Below are positions 22,657-36,050 of a stretch of DNA of 64,000 nucleotides, one piece after another. Origin of the DNA: Lytechinus pictus (Eukaryota). Every line of letters starts with the position of its first letter. Position 1 is the stretch's first letter. The notes below the pieces were generated by a model. It was not told the DNA's origin, ran no database searches, and saw only the letters and a program-made list of their open reading frames with translations. The DNA lies in the NCBI RefSeq assembly GCF_037042905.1, contig NC_087256.1, forward strand, positions 25,854,001 through 25,918,000, written 5' to 3'. The translations under genes were made by a program, and so were the position numbers.

Positions 22657-25600
22657 ATGATGTATGGTATTGTAAGAACTTACTCGCCATATTTAAGAGC
22701 ATTACAGCGGTCGTGGGAGCCAATTAATGCCACAGGATCTCTACAAATTCAGCAAGTCAGATGGAGAAAACGAAGAACGGATCCGAAGGCCAAATCGAAA
22801 ATTGGAAGGGTTCGGGAACCCACACCTTTTGATCCATGGGAGCGTGATTTTTTGGTAGAGAAAATGCCTCATTATAGGTCAACAATGAATGCTGTTAGGT
22901 AATTTGTATTCATATTCTAGCCATGCGAACTGTGGAAATGTTGCTTGATGTTCTTAAAACTTTTGGCAATTTCCGTGGTCCCACATACTGGAACTGGTGT
23001 TGGTGAGTGGTTCGGGGGGTCTACTCAGTATACCCAGTTGTTGTGTGTCCGGACAGGTTGTGTGTCCGGACGATCAATTTTAGAAAGTCATTTGGAAAAA
23101 TTTACAAGCTAAGTTTCATCAATTTTTTGTACAAAATGTAAGGAAATATTATGGAGAACAAAATGGAAGATGATTACAACTATTGAATTCATATTTTTAG
23201 TGTAATCCAAAGACAAGAAAGAAGGCTTCAAAAATATAAAGTGTCCGGACACCCGATCCCCCATCCTACTCGAAATAGAGTCGAATAACATGATATGAAT
23301 GATATGGTTGGAACTACCCCTTATCGACAACCTAATCTTCTAAGCATCATATTTGCGAAGATATTCATCAATTTTACCCAGTTTTCGTCTCATTTGTGCA
23401 GAAAATTGAGCAGATTGTTCTTCCCCAACGTTTCGCGACGCAAGCGTCCGTATCGTGGGTGAAGAACAATAGAAAACAAGATGGCGGCGTAAACATCGGG
23501 CAAGTCTCTTCCGTCTATTCATGATATTTTCCTCATTTTTTTAAAAATGAATTCTTGTCTAGAAATAAAATCCATAGCGTAGAAATGTCGGTAATGAAGT
23601 TGTATCCCATGTACATGATGAATTAGGGCTAGATCTTTTAGAAAGAAAGTAGAAATCTCGTGGGCGAAAGGTTCAATTTTTGTGGTGGTACACGCAAAAG
23701 TATAGGAAGGAAGACCTGGCTTCGTATGAGAGTAACCTTACGTTAGTAAATGATTTTTACTCTCTAGAAGCCTCCTGGCTACTCTCCCGCGCGTATCGCT
23801 TGTAATACGCAATAATTTTAACGCACGCGAGGTGGTCGATATATGGTAGTCTCACCATACATGATGGGCTGCGTATTGTTGCTGTTGCTGATACGATAAA
23901 TCGGCTGTTTCAGAGGAGTTTTTCAACATTTACTGATTTTTTTATGTGTCCTACAGTACACAGACGGATGATGGCCATTGTGCTCGCGCTCGTAAATGAT
24001 GGAGCTCCACCTCTCTCTCTCTTAGGTGATCCCTCCACTGTTTTGGAGATTCTAAGATACAAGATACACCGACTCTACCTCGAGCGAAGTTCTTGCAGGC
24101 TCCACTCCACCTACCCGAACTTAGAGACGGAGAACTCGATCGAACATTCCGAGCAAGGTGGGATGGAAATCATGTTTATTGTAAAAATTAAAGACAAAAA
24201 TATAACGAGAAAGATAAACAACTTAATATCTTACTCTTCACCCATATTTCACTCCGTGTCCATCCTCCGGTTTTCCTCAAAATTTGTGATTTTGGGCCAG
24301 TATCTTTTTCCTCACACGTATTAACTATTATTCAAGGCTGATTTCAAAACATCGCATGTGATCGCGAACGGTTTGACCTGCGACCGATCGCGATGCGATG
24401 TTTTTAAATCAGCCGTGAATGATACGTGTAAGGAAAAAGATACTAGGACTGGCCCCAAATCACCAATTTTGAGGATAACCGGAGGATGGACATGGAGTGA
24501 AATACGGGTGATGAGTAAGATATTAAGTTGTTTATCTTTCTCGTTATATTTTTTTTCTTTAATTTTTACAATAAACATGATTTCCATTTTTACAATAAAC
24601 ATGATTTCCATCCCACCTTTGTGACTCTGAATGTTCGATCGAGTTCACCCTCTCGAAGTTCGGGTAGGTGGAGTGTAGTGTAGCGGTAGTGAAGTGGAGT
24701 GGAGCCTGCACGAACTTCACTCGAGGTACACTGACTCCCACCTTGCTTAACAAGTCAATGCTCCCACTCTTTCCGAAATCCAGGAAATTTCGGGAAGTTT
24801 TGCTATTTTCCAAGATCATTTCGGGAAGTGAGAAATTCCAGGAAGTTTTTCGGAAAGTTATCATTTCCAAAAAATGATATCATTTTCTGAATATTATGTC
24901 AGAATCTATCCCAAAATTCAATCTTTGTATAAATTGTAATGAAAATGTCAAAATTTTTGTCTGATATACCTCTTTGGTCATATTTTGCCCCCGAAATGCC
25001 TGGCTCATTCATCTTTCATTCATCTTTTTGTGTATAGAAGAGAAGTATAACATCTTTGGTTTTGTTTTGGATATTGCTTTTTGACGGGAAAAAGGAAGAA
25101 ATAAAAAAGATACATTTATATGAAATACAATCAGCTTTATACCACCTTTCAAAAAAGTATGCTGGAAAATAACAAATTTTGATGACAAACAGATCAGGAT
25201 CAGCCAGGTTCTTCTTCGATTGCCGTCAGCTACGGCTGAGAGTGCGGACGCGCCAGCAGATAGGCTGGCACATTTGTACGCTCAGCTGTAGCTGCGCTGA
25301 CGGTGATTGAGTGATTGTGCCACATTTCTTGTTGAGAATCTGTAATGCTCCACTATCCATTACGCAAACCAGCAATGTATCAGCGGAGGGTGGCCCAGAG
25401 GCTCCTGGTGGGGGTCGAGGGGGCAGAGCCCCCAGAAGTTGGAATATGAGGCCTTTTAAATTGGCCAGAGGGGCTCTAATTAATATCAACAGAAGAAATA
25501 CAAATGCCAACAAACTACACAATATTAAAAGAAAAATGACCAGTGACTTTTTCACAACATACCACTAGTTCAGACTGTTCTGCACCAGATCTATTGGCTG

Positions 25601-28600
25601 AAGCAAGTGGCGTAATGAGTAAAAAAAATGAGGGGGCTAGATATGGCAGCTGAAGCAAAAATATTGAACTTTTCAATACAAAAATCTATATTTTGACGTA
25701 ATATTAAGATAATAATACAATATTTCCCTTTCCTTTTCTCCTTTTGTTTTCTTGGCCGTGAAACACTTGGGGGCCCCAATCCCGCCCCCATCTGTACGCC
25801 AGTGGCTAAAGTTACGTTCCCCGATTTTGCAAGGGCTGAAAATTAGGCGTTGTTTTGCACTAGCGCCCCAAACTGCCCCTCTCTCTCTACAACTCAAGTG
25901 CAGTATCATTCATTCAGTTTGTGTTAAGCAAGAGTGCATGCAGGCAATCACGGCAGGCAATACATCTGAGCATACATGTATTTCACTTTTACAACTTCGG
26001 ATTTTAATCGGCTTCGGAAACAAAGTTTCTGCTTGTTATGTCCCAAGTTCATAATCTTTTATGATCAGGATGCTCTTTGAATATCACATTATTTGATGTT
26101 TAACTCTTAAACAAAAAGGATACTCTGGAAATGCAAAATTTCTCGCCATTGAAATAGAAATCCTACAAACGGGGTTTTCAAATCACTTGTGTGGCACAAA
26201 CTTTGTACAGCATAGAATAAATAAAAAAGAACAACATTGATCCTCTATAATAGAGGTTATCGAGTGCTAAATTGGACAAAATTTGAGGAAATCAATTAAG
26301 TGTCAAGTAAAGAGTTTTTGTTTTCTCTTTGAATTGAAATGATCCCCAAATCCTTATTTCCAGGTTACTGGTAGATACATTTTTATCTCCCTAATTTTTC
26401 TTTATTTTTACTTTTTATACCGGCTTCCAAGCGCCACTCCGCAAGGCTCGGTGCGCCACAAGTGGCGCGCGCGCCACCATTTGAGAATCCCTGACTTAGA
26501 CTGTGTAGATGACTAGTTATATTAAATTCAAAATAAAATTGGGTTTTCAAATCAATAAAAATGTCGATGTGTCATTTCTTGCATTGTCTTTTTTTAAAGA
26601 TAGCTTTGAAAAAGAAGTCATTATTGCATTGATACATTTATCTACTTAATTGTAGGCACTTATTCAATGAGGAACTTGAGAGGAAAAAGGATGAAACGGC
26701 AGAGGGTCTATCAAGTGTGGAACAAGAAAGGGAAGAGGAAGAAGAGTTTAGGCAACTTTTGAAGTGGAATGAACAGGAGAATGCCAAGATTAATGCAAGA
26801 AGGTAATTACCATTGGTGTCTAAGTGATTTTTTGCTAATACTCTGTATTTCGCAGGGACAAATTATGAATTCAAGGAAAAGAGAGCAATCGTCAAATTTG
26901 AGGACGCAATATCCCCTTTTTATCCTCATTTCAGGAAATTAACATTCAAGAGTCTTTATGACAAATGCAGTTTGTTTTTTATCTTTAATTATTTGTCTTC
27001 ACATGGCAAGATGGCTTGGTTGGTTGTATCATGTTTGCAACAATTGTGAGTTAATATATGAGATGTAGAAGACTTAAGAGTAAACTTTCTATAATTTGAA
27101 TATTTGCCAAAGGCCTTTAGGCTAGAAGTATGCAAGGATGTTATATAGAACTTCTAAGTAAAATTTTGCTTATGGTGAATACTGTGGTCCCATACTTTGG
27201 CAGATGTATGTAATTCTGGGGTAAAACTATATTCTGTAATATCATCTTATTAAAGGAAAGAGAAACTTGCTGCTAAGGCTAAGGAGATCGAAGAAGAAAA
27301 TCTACAGAGGTTGCTGAGAAAGGAAGAGCAGGAGGCAGAAGAAATTGAAAGAATGCGACAGCTTGTATTGCAGGAACAGGTACAATTTTTAATCCTTTTG
27401 AAATTATTTTTTCTATTCTTGAATTATTTTCTTCAATTTTTGTCTCACCTGCATAGCAGAGTGAGACTATAGGTGAAGGTTTACCGAATGTTAAGTTTCT
27501 GAAATGAAGCACAACTTAAAAAGTATATGGACCTAGTTCATGAAACATGGACATAAGGTTAATCAAGTGTTACTGAACATCCTGCCTGGGTTTCAGGTCA
27601 CATGACTAAGGTCAAATGTCATTTAGGGTCAATGAACTTAGACCATGTTGGGGGAGTCAATATCAAAATCTTAACAAGGTTAAGTTTGTGAAATGTCATC
27701 ATAAGTTGGAAAGTATATGGAATAATGAAACTTGGCCATAAGGGTAATCAAATATTACTGAACACCCTGTGTGAGTTTCAGGTCACATTACCGAGTTCAA
27801 AGGTCATTAAAGGCAATGAACTTTGGCCAAGTTGGGGATATTTGTTGAATTACCATGATAACTTTGAAAGTTTGTGGATCTGATTCATAAAACTTGAACA
27901 TAAGAGTAATCAAGTATCACTGAACATCCTGTGCGAGTTTCAGGTCACATGAACAAGGTCAAAGGTCATTAAGGTCAATGAACTTTGGCCATGTTGGAGG
28001 TAATTATTAAATTGCTGTCATAACTTTCAAAGTTTATGGATATAGTTTATGAATTGTGGACGTAGGGGTAGTCAAGTATCACTGAGAAGTCTTAGGTCAC
28101 ATGATCAAGGTCAAATGTCATTTAGAGTCAATGAACGTATTGTATCATTATACTATTATACAATGGTGTTTTTTTTTTTTTTTTTGCTATATTGAATCGC
28201 GTAATGCAGGTGAGACTGCTGGAGGCGCTCCACTTTTTATATCATTTCATTCATTGATTTTAAGCCCCCATCACACTTATTCGGAATCAGCAGGAATCAA
28301 GCAGAAGCTGGAACGAAAAAAATAATGAAAAAATCTATAAATTTTTAGGAGGAACTTATGAATTCACCAAACTGGAGTTGAAATTCAGTAAATTGACCAG
28401 GTGAATCGTCATACACTAGTCAAAATGAATCGCAATGGAGTCAGATTGATAACTTGTGCTACATTCTTGGACATTCTAAATATTCTGACTGCATTCGAAA
28501 TAGTTTTGTCATTTCTTTTAGCTGTCCCAAAGATTTTGGTCATGTTCAAAACATTCAAGGGGTATTTTCGAACAGTGTTCAAAGTAAATTTTAATCACCA

Positions 28601-29238
28601 ACTGGTGATCGAACAATAATCCTTTCATTCTGGCCAATTCTGCTTGATTCGGAATAAGTGTGATGGGGGTGTTTCATATATATATTACTTTATTTAATGA
28701 TTAATTTAGGATGTATGTTCAAGAAGCCTTTTTACTTACACCCATTGTGATAAACAAGTGACAGTTCATACAAATCAGCTGGAAATTTTGTGATAACTTA
28801 ATTAAAGAATAACCCCAAAATATCCAGTTAGTCTTCATTAGTAGATTTTTTTTTTCAGACCAGAATGTACAGAGCATAGATTAAATGTCATTTACTGGTA
28901 CATCTTCCAAGTCCAATTTCTGTGGCATGATTCACCTGAATTTTAATGGAATGACTTCTCCATTTATGATCACTGATATTCTCATCCCACGTTAATCTCA
29001 CTCTGTTTTATAGGAGGCCAGTAAGACGTTCATTACCATGGAAACCATGGAAGCTGCCATCAACGAGGCTTTAGACAACCCCAAGAATTACGACTTCCTC
29101 ATCAAGAAGAGCGGAGAACCCATCCTGCCTGAGGATACCGCTTGGGAAAGTTTCAAAGAAAGGACAATGAAAGCCAAGGATGAGGAGTTTGTAGCAGATG
29201 GAGGAGATGAAAATCAGGTCAAATCAGCAGAGAATTGA
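22657..29238 (+). CDS. MRPS26: Mitochondrial small ribosomal subunit protein mS26, 4 exons, 245 aa
   Basis: Exons 22657-22898, 26656-26802, 27256-27379, 29014-29238; GT-AG, in phase (738 nt). Arg-rich presequence, then RKRRTDPKAKSKIGRV..P..DP.E, LLKWNEQEN, a coiled coil and KTFIT.E..EAAINEALDNPKNYDF, as in MRPS26. The start could be ATG 22657 or 22660. Confidence 0.93.
24078..24726. mobile_element. TA-flanked foldback MITE with CC...GG ends (Tc1/mariner/pogo-like)
   Basis: TA|CCTCGAG.GAAGTTC..GCAGGCTCCACTCCAC ... GTGGAGTGGAGCCTGC..GAACTTC.CTCGAGG|TA; ~280-bp inverted arms; half copy at 49604-49915. Confidence 0.85.
27441..28233 (+). mobile_element. Helentron-associated non-autonomous element (HINE, DINE-1/pearl/Tsp-like) with internal tandem repeats
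   Basis: Sub-terminal IR GTCTCACCTGCAT / ATGCAGGTGAGAC; 5' fold-back GTGAGAC; 3' stem-loop TGGAG-GCG-CTCCA; T-runs on both sides; about four 155-185-bp internal units. Confidence 0.8.
28265..28669. mobile_element. MITE
   Basis: TIR CCCCCATCACACTTATTC.GAATC and its reverse complement. Confidence 0.8.
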
Positions 29239-30619
29239 CCTTTGACATTCGGCCCTGTCGATACGTTACCTCTTTGACTTCTGAATTGGAGAAGTGCCAC
29301 AGGCGTCATGTTGGGATCACACTGTTTTCTGTATCCGTGGGTAAATGTTGGCTTATGGATCGTGTTCTCGGTTTAGACTTTTGAAGGAACCAAGGAACAG
29401 AGCATACCGAAAAAGCCCAATTCATTGACAGTGAAAAAGGCACATTTTTGTTCTATCCCACCTTTGGTCTGCTATTCAAAACATTGACGGTTGAAGAAGT
29501 TTGATGCTGATTTGTGAAAGAGTTGTATCGTATCACATTTTGTGTATTTTGGGAGATGAACATATATTTCTGTTCAAAATGTGAGCGATTGAACTTCTAT
29601 AGGTGGAAATGAAATGGGTGAAAAAAGTTAATGGTTTGTGACAGAAAACTTACATTAATGTAATTGAATCAGGATCGTTAATCGTGAGATTAACACTAAA
29701 TTTTTGTACTTTATTTGAATGAGAGATCTGCCCCCAGTAGTGTAAATCTTTTTAAACTGCAGAAGCCTCATTATAAACACTAGTTTTAATACTAGTTTCT
29801 TCATGTGTTAGAGTCAATGGCATTACCAATTTGCCACAATGAGTTTTCAACTTGTATGTTCTTGAGTTTTGTTTTATTGTAAATAGTTTTATGCAACAGC
29901 CCTGGGGAGGGGATAATAACACTTCAACCAATCGGAACCAAGGTAAATACTGAAACTGTTGAATGAATGGCTCCTTGTCAGGGATGACAACCCTGTGAAA
30001 CAGGGCCCAGAGATGTGGATGTCAGCACTAAAAAAATGTTATAGCAGAAGCACATAATGAGACCAGGCACTGCAAGAGGGACCTGGGGCCTGTTACACAA
30101 AGAGTTGCGTTAAACCATAAAAGAGCCGGGTTATTTGGACCCATCTAGATTTGTACATGAATTCACGTTTTTGAGCAGTTTTGGGTCTGACATGCATTTA
30201 CATAATGTTGCATCATTTCGTAACTGCGTACCCGGGCACTTGTTATAACTGTCATCTCTTTCAAGACGCCACATTTACCATAGTAACATGAACTTCTAAA
30301 CTGTGCAGCCAATCATAAGGGCTGACAAAAATTGTCGGTGAATGATGCCTTTAAATAAAAGTGACCAAAAAAATAATGAAAGTGTCAAGGAATGTTGATC
30401 TTTAAGGGATATGTCACATGATATGCACAATTTGAGGCCCATTTCATAATTGTTTTTTCACAGAGGTAACATTGCTTTTATGACTACTTACTACCATGGT
30501 ATCAGGTCACAGCAGCCAATCACAATTAAGTTTTCCTTGGTAGTTGCCATAATTTATGTAAACTCAACTGCAATTTCCCAATGTTATCAGGGGCCTGTTG
30601 CAGAAAGAGTTGCGTTTAA

Positions 30620-31555
30620 GGACGTTCCACAGTTAAAGTGAAATCCATGTCATTTTCACCAAACTTTGCACATAGATACTTAAGAACCATAATATTCGAA
30701 ATATGCAAAAATTAACATAGGTCCATGTGCTTGATTTTTTGCTACAGAGCTTCAAAGTTCACCCAAATTGACGTTTTTAAGAATTGCGCATTCAAAAAAA
30801 TTGGGCATTTTTAGACCGCCCAAGATTACTACAATGAGTTTAAACCTCTATTACTCAGTAAAAATACATGAAAAAGTCATCAAATTTCGCAAGAGAGTTA
30901 ATAATTGTATCGTTAGAATGGAGAATCTATTTATAGTGCTATTTGTTTGCAAATTTAAGTTTAACAGCACTGTCAGTTCTTAAAAATGGCGTAAAAGATA
31001 ACAAAATCCCAATCTAAAAAATGTAAAATTTCAGTAACAAACTACAAACGTACAATAAATGCTGCACTTTATTCAAAATCCATGTCATTTTCACCAAAAT
31101 TTGCAGAGTTGTAGAGGAAGGTATACCTTAGAGGTACAAACATTAAAAAATAGGGGTTCATGTGCTTGTTTTTAAACTATCAGCATTTTTATCAGAGCAA
31201 ATGTGCTTTTTAAAACACCAAAAATGCGCCGAATGCTTAGTATCTATGTGAAGAAAAAATCAAAACCACTCTACCATTTATTCAAACTCGGGGTAATATT
31301 CGTGATTCTTGGCAGCCCTGCAGAGTAAAGTATTTTGAAATTGTAGATAATATTTTTTTGAATGGTCCATGGAATAATTCCATTTTTTATCTTCATGAAA
31401 TAACGCATCGGATCTGCAGTTAAAGTGCAGAAGATGAGAAAAATCAGCTCATACCCGCAGCTAATTAATCACCTGTTCATCCATTGTGACGTCAGCGCGC
31501 AGAGTGTAAACTATGCGCAGATCATAATGCGCACAAACATAACTGTGGAACGTCC
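30620..31555. mobile_element. Kolobok-like element nested in a GGGGCC-ended MITE (30590-31676)
   Basis: TTAA|GGACGTTCCACAGTTA...TAACTGTGGAACGTCC|TTAA (16-bp perfect TIR). The host MITE is restored on removal. Confidence 0.88.
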
Positions 31556-34164
31556 TTAAACGCAAGTCAAAATATCAAGCGCAAGTCCCGAATACGGGTG
31601 CTTCATTGGCTGATAATCAAGTTGTGCAAGATTTTTTGAGTTGCGTTTGATTGCAACTCTTTCTTCTACGGGCCCCTGATAACTTATCTCTCAAACTGCA
31701 CTATCATGAAGTTTGTTGCCATCCAATATAAGTACAGATTATTTTTATCCTTCTGCAAATAGTGCATGAAAAATGAATTGTAATTAAATGAAAAAAAAAA
31801 AAGATGTGACAATAAATTGAATTTCGGTGAATTCTTTGGTAAACTCTCTTGGTCCTGAATATGAAATATGGAAGATGGTTTATCTGAATTCTTCATGTAA
31901 CATTCAATAGAGATGTGGACTAACTGAAAATGAAATTCCTATTTAGTCTAGGCTTCATACAGGTTAAAATCACGCAAATCAAGTTGTTTTTCCTTTGGCT
32001 TATTAAAGTGGGAAACTGCAGTCAGTCACTCAGTCAATAGTCCAAAGAACTAAATCCAGTTTTGTCCGTTAGAAAGGGGGTGGCCGTTTTCACCTATCAC
32101 TCACGGCAATCACATGGAACCCCTTCATTTTAAAAAAATCAGTGCATTTCCCATCTGAAACCCAACCTTCCTACTCTCTTCCGCTTTCCTCTTCCATGTC
32201 TTCTTTTGCTGTCCCATCCTCCTAGAACTAAAAAACCCTTCTTAAAGGGAAAGTTTTCTCTGCATTTAGATATTTATTGCAGCCTCTAGAATAATTGAAT
32301 AGGAATCGTTCGTCACTCTGCAGTCACAGTTCCACACACAGAGTGCGCATTTTGCCATTGAAATTGTATGCACGATGAGTGGTGCGTAGCTTTAGGACCT
32401 GCATAGCTTTGGGCTCCCATTGTGATAACAAGCTACCATAATAGTTATCACGGTTGAATTGTGTAGAAAATAATAAAAAAAATTGTAAAAAAAAAAAAAA
32501 AAACGCATGAAATAATGAATTACAGGTATAGAACTATTTCCAATATAAAAATATTTATTCTGAAATCAAGTACATGAAAATTAAGAAACATAGCATGTAA
32601 GAAAGGTTGAATATAAGAATATGTTCTATTTGGCAAACTTTGTCTCCATATACTTGAATTATGAACATTTTACATTAATATTACACATCTGGTATCATAC
32701 AAAATATAAATCAAATCTTTCTGAACACTCATCTACAAAAAACAATGTCAAAAGGCTACCTTTACAAGTATCTCGGGGTAGCATATCATCAGCTGATAAA
32801 ATCAAGTGCAGCAATGAAAAGAATGTAATAAATCCGGATTTTAAGTTTACTAGATAAAATCCTGAATTTTACACATTCTTGAAAACATGAAGTACATATT
32901 TTATGCAAGAAGACATCACAGCTCAGCAGCCAATAAATGAAAAAGTCTGGGAAGATTAAATATTCATTATGCACATTATTTTTTTCTTTCTTATACTGTA
33001 TGTATCATAAAAGGATATTACAGAAAGTGAAGAAAATGAAAAAAAAAAATTTTGCCCAGCTATTACACAAAAAAATGTTCTCTATTTTCTATTTAAAGTG
33101 GTTACAAGTATCCTGTATTTTCATTACAAATGTATCTAATGAAAATGAGAAAAATTATATGTACTGTTTATTGACCCGTTTGCCCAAAGTGATTAGGCTA
33201 TGACAAATTCTTGTAGAACTTGTATCTACTTTCTATCATAACCAAATAAACCAGGTAAAGGAAAGCAAGAGTAGGGGGGATGAGAGAGAGAGGAGAGTGA
33301 GAGAGAAAGGAGAGTGAGAGGGGAGCAATCCTTTGCTAATTTTTAATTACAACATGCTAATTTGATAAACAGTTGAAAAGATCATTTAGTACTGTACTGA
33401 ACAAAAAATGATAAATTCTAACATTGAACCTATAATTGTACTCGAAGATCACCAACGAATGATCACATACACAAAATTATCAGCAAGGAATAAGGCAGGA
33501 GCTGTATGATTACAAAAACAGAAGAGAACAATGGTTCCTTCTCTCTAGTACTACTCTCACACATTACAAGAAATTTCAGCTCTACATGTACCTATTAAAT
33601 GTGGGGCAATTATGGACCACAGGAATGGCTTAGCCTTAGATTTGAGACAACGGTAAAATATGATAATTTTTAAAACAAAATAAATGAACAGTAGACTTCC
33701 AAGTAGACAGTGAACTGATGGAAAGCATCTGGGCTGACATGATTGATATAAATACTACAGAGAGACACATGTTTTCCTTTCAGTGATTTCATTTCCAGTA
33801 TACCATTCCAAAATTACTCTTTCAGTCATTAGAAAGCAGTAGCCAAGAATCCCCAAGATCCATAATTCTGCTGAAATTTCAAGCAAGAAATTACAAATCA
33901 ATGGCCTATTTCCTTGGGGGTGCTGTGTGTATTATTTTCCACTAGGCAGCACCCCCAGGAATTCTTGACGGTGTGACAAAAAATGGAGAAATGTAACCAA
34001 AAGGACCTATTTTTTGTACAGAAATCCTTTTTTTTTTTGCTTGTCAAATTGCTCGGGACAAAAATTACAATTTTTTGAGGTGAAACCTTTTTTTTTTCTT
34101 CTTGTCAAATTGACATCGGCACCCCCAGTCAAAAAATCGTTCCCAGGGCCCTGTATTAGTTTAA

Positions 34165-34860
34165 AGGTCCTATGACACAAAAACCATCTTATTTTGGATA
34201 TATATCTATTCTTGGGTAGTTTTACTTGAAAAATACGAATTTGCCATCTGTTTCTGTGTACGACGAACCGGTGTTGAGTTATTCCATGGACATGAACTAC
34301 AACGATAACGCCAACTAAAATTTTAGAAAAAGTCGGTCGATCGACCTGTCAATCATTGTGACGTCATCGAAAGAAAGCTTTCTCATCTGTGCAGCCGTAC
34401 CCCTAGTTATTGCACATGTTTCTCGTGTAGTTGCTGTTTCGACCGAGCTCATCCTTAACAGATTTTAAAGATTTTTATGAGGTTTTGATCATGGCTGCAG
34501 CATCGTCATCAGCTACGTCTGATATTCTTCAGACTTTGAAGATTCAGGTTCTGAATATTATTCCAGCAGTTCAATTTATTTACTTTGAATCCACACGTGC
34601 AACCACAATAGGCACTTCATGCTCCAAACGTCAACAACACTCAGCAGATTCTTCCCCTGACGTCATAATTGTCCCGTGATATACGAAACCATATCGGGCT
34701 GAATTTTTTGTGGGCGTGGCGAATTTGGCTCGATTTTCAATATAAAACTGCCTTTGAACCTGATGTGGGATGTTTTTCGGGTAAAATTTTGATGGAATCG
34801 TTATTAGTAACCACTAAGCTAACGAATAAACCAGCATCTTTGCTGTATTTCATAGGACCT
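34165..34860. mobile_element. Kolobok/T2-like non-autonomous element
   Basis: TTAA|AGGTCCTATGA...TCATAGGACCT|TTAA. Confidence 0.85.
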
Positions 34861-36050
34861 TTAACTCTGTTACTCTGGTCTCACACTCTAAGCATTGCAA
34901 ATTATCAATAAATACAATTATTTTCATAATCGTTAAATCATTGGAAAGATCTCCTTTAACTCACAAGAGAGCAGGCAGTGTAAACAAATGTTTGACATTT
35001 ACAGCTTTCCATAACTTTAGCCCAGACTTACATGTACACCATGTCCAAAGTTAAACCAGAGTTCATAACACCGGCCAATATATCTTATACAGTGGCATAA
35101 CAAGCCAAAAACTTAGGGCCACACCACTTTATACAGAATAAGATCTGTATTAGTAGTGAGCAAGCAAAAATTATCACCTGTTTTAAAATGAAATTCCAAT
35201 TTTGTGATAGATTTGTCAGAATATTATATCATATTTTATCCTCTTTTTAATCATCCCCCCCTTCTTTTTCTTGGTTGTGGAACTTATGGTCCATGGTCCA
35301 CCAAGACCCAATCTGTAAGTTAATAATCTTAAACAATAAAAAGATACAGTAATCAGTTGATATCTATCAAATGATAAAACAACTCGGCAGTACAAGTATC
35401 TGGTTTCAAAATTGAATCTTTGAAATATTAAAGAAATGAACAAACAAATAAACAACAAGTCTAGAGGCATAAATTCTCTCAACTACACTTAATATTTCAG
35501 TTAACTTTTGAAGATCATTCATTTTTATTTACACGTAAAGTCAAATTAAAAAAGGAACAGGACAAAATTTTGTCCAAACTCAAAGAGACAGAAAAGTTTA
35601 CATTGTTCAAAGTAGTGCACAAAAACATTTGTGAACAAAACACATGAAATGTCATCAACATTAGATGTAAAATAGGAAGTTATGATATTTCAAAGAAATT
35701 TACAAAATTTTGTAGACTTAAAGATGCAGAAGCTCTACATTTAATTTGGCACATGAGCATGGAGGAATAAGACCATGTTTGATTTTGATAATTCAGAATT
35801 TTTACAAAAAATTAACAGCAGGTGACGTCATCGAATCTTTCATTTTGAGCATCCACCACGTGTTGTGCTGTTATTTACCAGTCAGCAATACATGTACGTT
35901 AAAATATCATTACTCTATTAGTTCATATCCGCATTAGATGACATTTTCAGGGTTGTGCTTATTCTTATCTCTATTCAATCGACTCATTGTTTGGGTGAAC
36001 CAAAGCCATTAACATATCATCTGAAATATCATAATTCGATGAAGTTACGC

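Noticed and set aside
25226-25555. 109-aa ORF with a signal-peptide-like N-terminus
   Set aside because: The hydrophobic start comes from a T-rich tract and the Pro-rich part from a GGGGCAGAGCCCC repeat motif. No recognisable domain or splice support.
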